The position numbers and the translations under genes were made by a program. From Aquifex aeolicus VF5 (GTDB lineage: Bacteria > Aquificota > Aquificia > Aquificales > Aquificaceae), in assembly GCF_000008625.1 (NCBI RefSeq), contig NC_000918.1, positions 1,380,001 to 1,412,000 on the forward strand: a DNA stretch of 32,000 nucleotides, given 5' to 3'. The notes beneath the pieces were generated by a model, which made no database searches, was not told the origin of the DNA, and saw only the letters and a list, made by a program, of their open reading frames with translations. The stretch's first letter is position 1; every line of letters begins with the position of its first letter. Below are positions 24,707 through 32,000 of the stretch, piece by piece.

Positions 24707-25402
24707 ATGGGACAAATGGTGGAGTTTGAGAAAAACGGAGTTAAGGTCAGGGGATACATAGCTACTCCGAAGTGGGCTGGTCCTGCGGTGTTGGTCTTTC
24801 ACGAGTGGTGGGGGCTTGAAAGTCCGCTTTCCAATATAAAGGAGATATGTGACAAACTGGCGGATGAGGGATTTGTAGCCTTTGCTCCGGACTTTTACAA
24901 GGGTCAATATGCGGACAACCCGGACGATGCGGGAAAACTCATGACCGAGATGTTTGAAAAGAGAATGGACGAAGTCGATAGAATATTTCAGGCTTCCGTT
25001 GAGTTCGTAAAAGAGTGCAGGTACACATACCCTAAAAAAGTGGGGATAACCGGTTTTTGTTGTGGTGGAACACTTGCGATGTACTTTGCCGCAAAGTTTC
25101 CCGAAATGGTAGACGCAAGCCTGCCATTCTACGGACTACCTCAACTTACTCAGATAAATGCAGAAAATATAAAAGTACCTATTTTCTTCATACTTGCGGA
25201 AAAAGACGAATTCGTTAATAACGACGAAGTAATAGACATAGCAAAGACAGTATGGAAAAATGGAGTGGACGTTCAGGTAAAAGTATTCTCCGGCGTTACG
25301 CATGCGTTCTTAAACGAAAAGAGAGAGGACGTTTACGATCCCAAGCGTGCCTGTGAAGCGTGGGAACTGGCGGTAAACTTCTTCAAAACATACCTCAAAT
25401 AA
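24707..25402 (+). CDS. Dienelactone hydrolase family protein
   Basis: Nucleophile motif GFCCGG, an alpha/beta-hydrolase layout, and a His near the C-terminus (GVTHAF). Strong AAGGAGG SD. Confidence 0.88.
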   Translation: MGQMVEFEKNGVKVRGYIATPKWAGPAVLVFHEWWGLESPLSNIKEICDKLADEGFVAFAPDFYKGQYADNPDDAGKLMTEMFEKRMDEVDRIFQASVEFVKECRYTYPKKVGITGFCCGGTLAMYFAAKFPEMVDASLPFYGLPQLTQINAENIKVPIFFILAEKDEFVNNDEVIDIAKTVWKNGVDVQVKVFSGVTHAFLNEKREDVYDPKRACEAWELAVNFFKTYLK

Positions 25403-25416
25403 CCTCCTCCCTCCTC

Positions 25417-25443
25417 TAAAACTTTTTTCTTTTCCTCCGATAA
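25417..25443 (+). promoter_or_regulatory. Sigma28 (FliA)-type promoter of fliC
   Basis: TAAA (25417-25420), a 15-nt spacer, then TCCGATAA (25436-25443), against the consensus TAAA-N15-GCCGATAA. It lies 38 nt upstream of the fliC ATG, with an AAAGGAGG SD at 25465-25472. Confidence 0.7.
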
Positions 25444-25480
25444 ATATAAATGACAAAACCTTAAAAAGGAGGTAAAAGGG

Positions 25481-27037
25481 ATGGCAACGAGGATTAATTA
25501 CAATTATGAGGCTGCCGTTACTTATACTAGTTTAAAACAAAACGAGAGGTTGATGAATAAGTCCCTCTTAAGGCTTTCTACCGGTCTCAGGATACTCTCC
25601 GCAGCGGACGACGCTTCCGGACTATTCATAGCGGATCAGCTTGCACTCGTATCCGCAGGACTTGAGCAGGGTAACAGGAACATTCAGTTCGGTATTTCCG
25701 CACTCCAGATAGCCGAAGGTGGAGTATCCCAAATTTACGACAAACTAAAGACAATGTACCAAAAGGCTGTAAGTGCCGCAAATGATATTAATGACCCGAA
25801 TGCAAGGGCTGCACTCCAGAGGGACATAGAAAACTTAAGAGATGCTATTTTGAAAATCGCACAGGATACAGAATACAACGGAATAAGACTTCTAAACGGT
25901 TCTTTCAATAACGTAAGAATTCACTACGGTGCGAGAAGTGCTCAAACGCTATCCGTGAGCATATCAAGTGTATTACCACAACAACTTGGTGGATACGTAG
26001 CAGAAGATTCTCCAGCCACCGCAACGGATACGAATAACGTTCTTACAAATATAGGCACAACGAATACCAACTATTCAGTGGCAAGCGGTGATTCTTTAGC
26101 GTTTACATTCACAGACGGGACAAGCATAACGTTTAACTCCTTAAACCAGCTCGGATATGACTTCAACAATACTGGAACTTACATACTTGACGCATCCGCA
26201 ATTGTGAATACGATAAACAACAACCCGACACTTCAAGGGAAAGGAATAAGGGCTTATGCGGAGAACGTATCGGAAGCTGACCTGACATTTGATACGACAA
26301 ATGTGAATATTGACCAAGGTGATGAAGTAACTATTACATTCTACTCAGGAGGAGAACTTGTATTTACAAAGACGTATACAGATACGGTAACACTAGACCA
26401 GTTTATAGCTGATATAAACAACCAGGCTGGTGGAAAGCTTATAGCTTCAAAGGACCCTTCAGGAACCAAACTCGTTCTTTCCACACCAAACGGGGAAACC
26501 ATATCTGTTGAAGTAACAGTAAACGATGCAGATGGAGATACAGTAGTAAGCAGTATAAACCTGGGGGCTCTTCTGCAAGGTGCAGCTGGAACTGTAGTTA
26601 ATACCAGTGGAGCTACAGCATCCGCGGTAAAAGTCGGAACGCTTATCGTAATGGGTTCAGAAAACTTCACAGTTCAAGGAACCGGAATAGCATACTTTAC
26701 AGCAGCTACGAGCGGAACATTCAACTCACTTAATGATGTAGACGTAACAACTAACAAAGGTGCTGAAATCGCTCAGGTTTTAATCCAGAGGGCTGTAAGA
26801 CAAGTTGACACCATACGCACCCAGATAGGTTCAACTATAAACAACCTCCAAGCTATCTACGACGCTCAAGCGGTTGCTAAAGACAACACGGACAACGCAG
26901 AAAGCATAATTAGGAACGTGGACTTTGCTAAGGAAATGACTGAATTCACTAAATATCAAATAAGGATGCAGTCCGGAGTGGCTATGCTCGCACAAGCAAA
27001 CGCTCTACCTCAACTGGTTCTCCAGCTCCTCAGGTAA
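25481..27037 (+). CDS. fliC: Flagellin
   Basis: Conserved N-terminus (LSTGLRILSAADDASGL) and C-terminus (AMLAQANALPQLVLQLLR) flank a long variable centre rich in Thr/Ser/Asn/Gly. 518 aa. Confidence 0.95.
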   Translation: MATRINYNYEAAVTYTSLKQNERLMNKSLLRLSTGLRILSAADDASGLFIADQLALVSAGLEQGNRNIQFGISALQIAEGGVSQIYDKLKTMYQKAVSAANDINDPNARAALQRDIENLRDAILKIAQDTEYNGIRLLNGSFNNVRIHYGARSAQTLSVSISSVLPQQLGGYVAEDSPATATDTNNVLTNIGTTNTNYSVASGDSLAFTFTDGTSITFNSLNQLGYDFNNTGTYILDASAIVNTINNNPTLQGKGIRAYAENVSEADLTFDTTNVNIDQGDEVTITFYSGGELVFTKTYTDTVTLDQFIADINNQAGGKLIASKDPSGTKLVLSTPNGETISVEVTVNDADGDTVVSSINLGALLQGAAGTVVNTSGATASAVKVGTLIVMGSENFTVQGTGIAYFTAATSGTFNSLNDVDVTTNKGAEIAQVLIQRAVRQVDTIRTQIGSTINNLQAIYDAQAVAKDNTDNAESIIRNVDFAKEMTEFTKYQIRMQSGVAMLAQANALPQLVLQLLR

Positions 27038-27079
27038 TGTTTCCTTTTCCCTTTTCTTTTTACCTTTTGAGGGGCTGAG

Positions 27080-27445
27080 ATGAGGGTTCAAAGAGAAAAT
27101 GGTTCTTTTGACTGGGAATTTCTCAAAGAGATTCAACAAAACATCTTACAAAACAATTCAAAAAACCTTGAAAGCTTCAGGAAGGAAATAAAGGAAAATT
27201 CTAAAAAAATTCAAAAAGTCAGCAACGAAGAACTCCAGAAAATCATAGAAGAGATAAAGAGAAAACTTGATTACCTGAACAAATACTTAAAGATAGAAAT
27301 AGACAAAGATCTTGAAATTCCCGTTGTTAAGATAATTGAAAAGGATACAAATAAAGTAATCAGGCAAATTCCTCCCGATTACCTTTTAGAACTAATGAAG
27401 AGGATAGACGAGATGTTAGGTATTTTAATAAACGAGAGGGTATAA
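27080..27445 (+). CDS. flaG: Flagellar protein FlaG
   Basis: The C-terminal block EIPVVKIIEKDTNKVIRQIPPDYLLEL is typical of FlaG. It sits between fliC and fliD. Confidence 0.8.
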   Translation: MRVQRENGSFDWEFLKEIQQNILQNNSKNLESFRKEIKENSKKIQKVSNEELQKIIEEIKRKLDYLNKYLKIEIDKDLEIPVVKIIEKDTNKVIRQIPPDYLLELMKRIDEMLGILINERV

Positions 27446-27447
27446 AT

Positions 27448-28773
27448 ATGGCCGGAGAGCTTTACTTTTCGGGAGTAACCGGCGCTTACGACTGGGGCAG
27501 TGTTCTTGATAACATAATGGCTGTAAAAAGTATTCCAATTCAAAAACTGCAACAGAAAAAGCAATTAATAAACCAAAAACTCCAGATACTCGGTGAATTT
27601 TCTCAAAAACTGAGCGATTTAAAAAACTTAATTGAAAATTTTAATCTTGAAAGTGCTTTAAAGACTAAAAAGGCTGACGTTTCTGATTCAGATGTAATTT
27701 CAGTTTCCGTGTCGGAAAATGCGCCCGAAATTTCCTTCAGCGTTAACGTTTTGAACACCGCGAGTAAAGAAATACTCGTTTACGATGCAGGTTTTAATTC
27801 CTTGGACGAAACTATAGGGAGTGACGGAAGTTTTACACTGAGGTACTACACGAGTCCCACCGATTACGTGGAGTACACGATAGATTACTCTTTGATTGAT
27901 ACCTTAAAGGACATCGTAAATAAGATAAACGAAACTCAGGACTACGTTAAGGCTTCCATTTATTACGACGGAAACAAGTACAAGTTAATGCTTGCGGAGA
28001 CCTCAGAAGAAAACTCTACCGTGGAAACAGCTCCTGACCTTTCAACAAAAGCCATACACCTCCTCGGAACACTGCCTCACCAGTTCGGAAATAACGTTCT
28101 TATTCAACAAGCTAAGAACGCAAGGATACAGATAGGAAGCGGGGACGTTATAGAGAGTGCGGGAAATACCTTTGAAAACGTTATAGAAGGAGTGAGCATA
28201 AGCGCAAAGAGAGCAGGTACTTCCGAGGTAAGTATTTCTCAGGATTTCAGTAAGATAAGGGAATTTTTAAATAATTTCGTGAAGTCTTACAACGAAGTCG
28301 TTTCTCAAGTAAAGAGTTTAACCCTCGGAGAAAATGCACCTTTTAGGGGTGAAAACACGATAATGAACGTAAAGTACGGGCTTTCCGATACGCTCACACC
28401 GCTCATGGAACTCGGTTTAATAGAGTACAAGGAAGACGGAACCATATCCCTGAGCGGGAATCTGGAAAGTGTTATTAACGAAAAGCCTGATGAATTTAAG
28501 TTAAAAATGACTCAATTCTTGGAGAGTGCAAAAGCTGTAGCTAAGGTAAATTACGAGGCTTTTGAAGACTTCAAGGAATACTTGAACGACCAGGCGGAAA
28601 GGATAGACGAAAATATCAGACTCCTTAGCCAGAGGCTGGTTCAGGAGGAACAAATACTTAAAAGGCAATTTGCACAGCTGGAAGACTTTATGAATTACGC
28701 AAATCAAATAAGGGAGAGGTTAAAGCAGTTTATGGTATCTATCTCTGAAATGAACGGAGGTAATAACAAATGA
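27448..28773 (+). CDS. fliD: Flagellar filament capping protein FliD
   Basis: N-terminal FliD pattern (SGVTGAYDWGSVLDNIMAVKSIPIQKLQ) and C-terminal heptad regions. 441 aa. Confidence 0.9.
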   Translation: MAGELYFSGVTGAYDWGSVLDNIMAVKSIPIQKLQQKKQLINQKLQILGEFSQKLSDLKNLIENFNLESALKTKKADVSDSDVISVSVSENAPEISFSVNVLNTASKEILVYDAGFNSLDETIGSDGSFTLRYYTSPTDYVEYTIDYSLIDTLKDIVNKINETQDYVKASIYYDGNKYKLMLAETSEENSTVETAPDLSTKAIHLLGTLPHQFGNNVLIQQAKNARIQIGSGDVIESAGNTFENVIEGVSISAKRAGTSEVSISQDFSKIREFLNNFVKSYNEVVSQVKSLTLGENAPFRGENTIMNVKYGLSDTLTPLMELGLIEYKEDGTISLSGNLESVINEKPDEFKLKMTQFLESAKAVAKVNYEAFEDFKEYLNDQAERIDENIRLLSQRLVQEEQILKRQFAQLEDFMNYANQIRERLKQFMVSISEMNGGNNK

Positions 28774-29144
28774 GAAACATTGCAGAGGCTTACTTTCAAA
28801 ATATGGTAGAAACCGCCACACCTCTTGAGCAGATAATACTCCTCTACGATAAAGCGATAGAATGCTTAGAAAGGGCTATAGAGATATACGATCAAGTAAA
28901 TGAACTTGAAAAGAGAAAGGAATTTGTGGAAAACATAGACAGAGTTTACGACATCATCAGTGCATTAAAGTCCTTTTTAGATCACGAAAAAGGAAAAGAA
29001 ATAGCTAAAAATCTGGACACGATTTACACTATAATCCTGAATACTCTCGTTAAAGTGGATAAAACCAAGGAAGAACTCCAGAAAATTCTGGAAATTTTAA
29101 AAGATTTAAGGGAAGCATGGGAGGAAGTGAAGAAGAAGGTTTAA
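28770..29144 (+). CDS. fliS: Flagellin-specific chaperone FliS
   Basis: AYFQNMVETATPLEQIILLYDKAIECL is the typical FliS N-terminus. 124-aa helical protein. ATGA overlap with fliD. Confidence 0.9.
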   Translation: MRNIAEAYFQNMVETATPLEQIILLYDKAIECLERAIEIYDQVNELEKRKEFVENIDRVYDIISALKSFLDHEKGKEIAKNLDTIYTIILNTLVKVDKTKEELQKILEILKDLREAWEEVKKKV

Positions 29145-29455
29145 ACCTCTATGTGGTTGTAGGCGTAGTAAAAGTCTTCGTTAAGAGCGTGGGAGAATTT
29201 TATTCCCTGCTCTTTTACCCTCCCGTTGAATTTCTCCTTTACCGCCTTTAGAAATTCCATCAAGATTTTGTCTCCAGCTCTTGCAGAGTATACCGTTGTG
29301 GCTACCTTGTCCTCGTCTATCTGGACGGTAGAGCCGAGGAGGTAATTCCCGCAGAAGAAGAGGTATTTGTTTAGTTCTTTTTTCACTTCAAGTTTTTTGC
29401 AGTAAGGCTTTAAGTACTCTTCCGTGAACTTTGCAACCTCTTCAAGTGCTTCCAT
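29141..29455 (-). CDS. Hypothetical protein, 104 aa
   Basis: ATG with AAGGAG 9 nt upstream. It overlaps the ygfZ C-terminal fragment by 14 nt and fliS convergently by 4 nt. No family recognised. Confidence 0.6.
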   Translation of the reverse strand: MEALEEVAKFTEEYLKPYCKKLEVKKELNKYLFFCGNYLLGSTVQIDEDKVATTVYSARAGDKILMEFLKAVKEKFNGRVKEQGIKFSHALNEDFYYAYNHIEV

Positions 29456-29903
29456 CTTCGCACACTCCTTTGGCCTTTACCTTTCCGCTCTCGGTTTGAT
29501 ATTCCTTACCTTTTTCAAATTTAGCTCTGAGTATGTAGCCTAGTGCCATTTTTCCGCTCGGAGAGACGGAAGTTATCAATCCTATAGCCTTATTTCCTTC
29601 CAGAATTTTCTCTTCCTCCTTGACCTGTTCAATCACTTCAAACTTTGTCAATACCCTGGGCGTTCTTCCTCTGAAGTAAACCCTCGCTATCGCCTCCTGA
29701 CCCACGTAGCACCCTTTATTCAAACTAATGGCGTAAGGAAGTACTCCCGCTTCAAGAGGTGAGAAACCTTCCCTGAGCTCCTTGTGTATCCTCGGAACGC
29801 AGTTCTTAATCCTTTCCTCTTCAAAATCCTCCACAGAAGCCTCTTTATCCTGAGGAAGTTCTTTAAGGATATCTTCTATCTTTCCGAAGAGGTCAAAGCC
29901 CAC
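29442..29903 (-). CDS. ygfZ: YgfZ/GcvT-like folate-binding protein, C-terminal fragment (frameshifted relative to the N-terminal fragment)
   Basis: Contains the YgfZ signature KGCYVGQEAIARV. It begins at a GTG, and its frame stays open upstream to about 30014. Confidence 0.75.
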   Translation of the reverse strand: MGFDLFGKIEDILKELPQDKEASVEDFEEERIKNCVPRIHKELREGFSPLEAGVLPYAISLNKGCYVGQEAIARVYFRGRTPRVLTKFEVIEQVKEEEKILEGNKAIGLITSVSPSGKMALGYILRAKFEKGKEYQTESGKVKAKGVCEDGST

Positions 29904-29914
29904 GGTCTTTAACC

Positions 29915-30364
29915 TTACAGGATTTTTCGCAAGGTAAGCTCTTCCTTTAACTCTTTTATCTCGTAATCGCTGAGTTCCACTCCGAATTTTTCCTTTACAA
30001 ACTCTTCTGCACCCTCACCGTATATGAAAACGTGTTTGTAGTTCGGAGTTAAGTCCTCAAAGTAGACTTTCAGTGAAAGTTTTAACCTGTTGAACTCGTT
30101 TATTACGAAATCTGCAGGCTCTTCCGTGTCGAGTATATAGTAATCCTTTATTTTGTATACGAAGAAGTCCGCTATGGGCTGACCATTTTGCTTGAGCCAC
30201 AGGTTGTAGTTAAAAGTGTAGGGCTTTAAAGACTTTATATCATTTGTAAGGAGTCCATGAAGGAAGTGTGTGTGCTCCTCCGGAGCGGTAAGTCCCTTCA
30301 TCAACATCTTTACAGGCTTTCCGTAAACCTTTATCTTACTTCTCTTTAAATCTATCCACTTCAT
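29915..30364 (-). CDS. ygfZ: YgfZ/GcvT-like folate-binding protein, N-terminal fragment
   Basis: FLHGLLTNDIKSL is typical of the aminomethyltransferase-like N-terminal domain. It stops two codons after an A5 run. Joined to the next ORF it gives a normal length of about 307 aa. Confidence 0.75.
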   Translation of the reverse strand: MKWIDLKRSKIKVYGKPVKMLMKGLTAPEEHTHFLHGLLTNDIKSLKPYTFNYNLWLKQNGQPIADFFVYKIKDYYILDTEEPADFVINEFNRLKLSLKVYFEDLTPNYKHVFIYGEGAEEFVKEKFGVELSDYEIKELKEELTLRKIL

Positions 30365-30475
30365 ACTAATAAAATTCTATTGTTTAAAAGTATTATTTCA
30401 CTTTATGCTCAGAATAAAGAATTCTAAGAGAAAAATCTAAAGGAAGATTTAAGTTTTTCCATAGGGAGGGCTATC

Positions 30476-30985
30476 ATGAAGAAATTGGTTTTACTCTTTA
30501 TGTTTTTCAGTTTCCTTTTTGCGGAAGAACATGCAAAGTTCGTACAGACGCCTTACGAGGCTCCATTCAAGGTTGTTGTAGAATTTTACTTTGACGAGCC
30601 TGAAAAGATAAGACCTGCACTTCTCTGGGTTTCAAACATCATATACGTGCTCTCTAACGAACCTTACAACTTCGTACCCGGTGAGGATATAGACATAGTC
30701 GTGATAATCCACGGGACGGAGATAACAACTCTCGTTAAGAAAAACAGGGAAAAGTACAAAGACATATGGGAGAGAATTGAGGGAATGAGCATGTACGGGG
30801 TTAAGTTTAAGGTTTGTGCTATGGCGGCGGAACAGCTATACGGATACTCTAAAGAAGATTTTCCGCCTTTTGTTGACCTTGTTCCTTCAGCTATAACGGA
30901 ACTCCTCCACTGGCAACAAAAGGGATACGCACTCCTTATACCACAAATATATGAAATGAAAAGGACAAGAGAGGAAATAAGGTGA
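30476..30985 (+). CDS. DsrE/DsrF-like (COG1416-type) protein with an N-terminal signal peptide
   Basis: Signal peptide MKKLVLLFMFFSFLFA. The core resembles stand-alone DsrE-like proteins from memory (VVV.F..DE, IDIVVIIHG, FKVCAMA with a conserved Cys, QQKGYALLIPQ). GGGAGGG SD. Confidence 0.6.
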   Translation: MKKLVLLFMFFSFLFAEEHAKFVQTPYEAPFKVVVEFYFDEPEKIRPALLWVSNIIYVLSNEPYNFVPGEDIDIVVIIHGTEITTLVKKNREKYKDIWERIEGMSMYGVKFKVCAMAAEQLYGYSKEDFPPFVDLVPSAITELLHWQQKGYALLIPQIYEMKRTREEIR

Positions 30986-31810
30986 TTATTCGTACTCCGT
31001 TGAATCCTTGTCCAGCTCTGCGTACTTTTCGCTCATCTCAACAGCTTGTTCAAACAGCTGTCTTTCTCTTTCCGTAATTTCGACCGGTCTTCTTTCCTTT
31101 GTGGGTACAACTTCTTCTGCGCTTTCCCTTCTTTGTTTACCTTCAAGAACCGCATCCGCAATTTTAGAAGTGAGGAGTTTTATGGATTTGATAGCGTCGT
31201 CGTTTCCGGGAATTGTGTAATCAATAACTGTTGGGTCGCAGTTTGAGTCCGCTATGGCAACTATGGGAATTCCTAGTTTTCTCGCTTCGCTAACCGCTAT
31301 CTTCTCCCTCACCGTGTCTACTATCCAGATAACGTCGGGGAGCTTCTTCATATCCCTTATACCGTTGTAGAGTTTTCTCAGTTTTTCCATTTTCCTTCTC
31401 AAGTTTCTCACTTCCTTTTTGGGGAGGACGTCAAATATTCCGTCTTCTTCCATCCTTTCGAGTGTTTGGAGCTTCATAATGCTCTTTCTGACCGTCTGGA
31501 AGTTTGTGAGGAGTCCACCTACCCATCTTTCGTTAACGTAGAAAGCTCCGCACCTTTCCGCCTCTTCCTTAATAATGTCCTTTGCCTGTTTCTTCGTTCC
31601 GACAAAGAGTATCTCACCGCCCTGAGCAATAACGTCCGAAACGAAGTGATAAGCGTCTTCAAGCATTACTATGGTTTTGTTCAGGTCAATTATGTGTATC
31701 CCGTGTCTGACTCCGTAGATGTAGGGAGCCATTTTGGGGTTCCATCTGGACTTTGAGTGTCCGAAGTGAACACCCGCCTCTAAAAGTTCCTTCATGGAAA
31801 CTACCGGCAT
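30986..31810 (-). CDS. rpsB: 30S ribosomal protein S2
   Basis: The N-terminus [13 protein letters not shown] and the conserved S2 core are present, with an acidic C-terminal tail. 274 aa. Confidence 0.96.
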
Positions 31811-31885
31811 ACTTCACACCTCCTTGGGTTTTGCCACCCTTCCCCATCACCCCGAAGCTGGGGCAACCCAAGCGGGGAAGGTGCG
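31811..31885 (-). promoter_or_regulatory. Structured rpsB 5' leader (candidate pseudoknot abutting the Shine-Dalgarno)
   Basis: Two perfect, interleaved 8-bp complementarities (31874-31881 with 31838-31845, and 31865-31872 with 31823-31830), plus a nested CCCC/GGGG hairpin (31850-31853 with 31860-31863). AAGGAGG follows immediately. Confidence 0.55.
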
Positions 31886-31901
31886 GTTTAAAGAAATAAT
31901 T

Positions 31902-32000
31902 TTAATCCTTCTTCTCACCGTTTTCACCCTTTTTCTTTTCAAGTTCCCTTTTTTCCTCTATTACACTCCTGTCAAACCTGTAAATCCTTCCGCAGAAATT
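31902..32000 (-). CDS. Possible 3' end of a minus-strand gene that continues beyond the window (…NFCGRIYRFDRSVIEEKRELEKKKGENGEKKD*)
   Basis: The frame is open from the window edge to a TAA at 31902-31904, and the tail has thermophile-like Lys/Glu-rich composition. Only 32 codons are visible, so identity is unknown. Confidence 0.3.
   Translation of the reverse strand, partial: NFCGRIYRFDRSVIEEKRELEKKKGENGEKKD

Noticed and set aside
30433-30458. AAATCT-AAAGGA-AGATTT inverted repeat followed by AAGTTTTT, upstream of the DsrE-like gene; a possible attenuator or terminator.
   Set aside because: The stem is 6 bp and almost purely A/T, too weak to fold at the growth temperature implied by the proteome. 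It could equally be chance in A/T-rich spacer DNA. An operator role cannot be excluded but is unsupported.
1-32000. A search for CRISPR arrays, IS elements/transposases, integrases, prophage genes, toxin-antitoxin pairs and known defence-system genes.
   Set aside because: By eye I saw no regularly spaced direct repeats, no terminal inverted repeats flanking ORFs, and no recombinase, nuclease or helicase signatures typical of such systems. The window reads as conserved housekeeping core rather than an accessory island.

Overview
This is a compact chromosomal core region with about 40 tightly packed CDS. Nearly all intergenic gaps are under about 110 nt, and many neighbours overlap by 1-26 nt. 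The proteins have the Lys/Glu/Ile/Val-rich composition of a hyperthermophile. Two proteins I recognise from memory are a 574-aa Pol I with no 5' nuclease domain and a stand-alone MnmC2/DUF752-type methyltransferase. Together with the scrambled gene order, they point to Aquifex aeolicus or a close Aquificae relative; this is an inference, not a search result.

Gene order across the window:
- Minus-strand string: hypothetical 201 aa, yjbQ, rseP, purH.
- polA, hisIE, a small XRE regulator, aspC.
- Minus-strand string: hypothetical 114 aa, panB, pilB/gspE.
- Methionine-salvage operon mtnD-mtnC-cupin-mtnB.
- RHH-like small protein, mnmC2, and a coupled hypothetical of about 109 aa.
- tonB-like, suhB, coaE.
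- Co-directional minus-strand string of 9 genes: cinA, era, GH114 lipoprotein, htpX, histidine phosphatase, 853-aa TPR protein, exbB, exbD, DUF218.
- Dienelactone hydrolase.
- Flagellar filament module fliC-flaG-fliD-fliS, with a near-consensus sigma28 promoter.
- Hypothetical 104 aa, a ygfZ-like gene split by a frameshift, an exported DsrE-like protein, and rpsB.

I saw no rRNA, tRNA, CRISPR array, transposase/integrase or recognisable defence genes. I do not find a convincing self-contained novel multi-gene system. The best leads are:
- an interleaved 8-bp/8-bp pseudoknot in the rpsB leader that abuts the Shine-Dalgarno sequence;
- ygfZ interrupted at an A5 run;
- an extra metal-binding cupin translationally coupled inside the mtn operon;
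- a TPR-ExbB-ExbD-DUF218 envelope string with a TonB-like gene that is not adjacent;
- divergent gene pairs whose start codons are only 17-38 bp apart around A/T cores (two of them share TAATATAAA), which suggests leaderless mRNAs from back-to-back promoters;
- several small uncharacterised proteins coupled to known enzymes.
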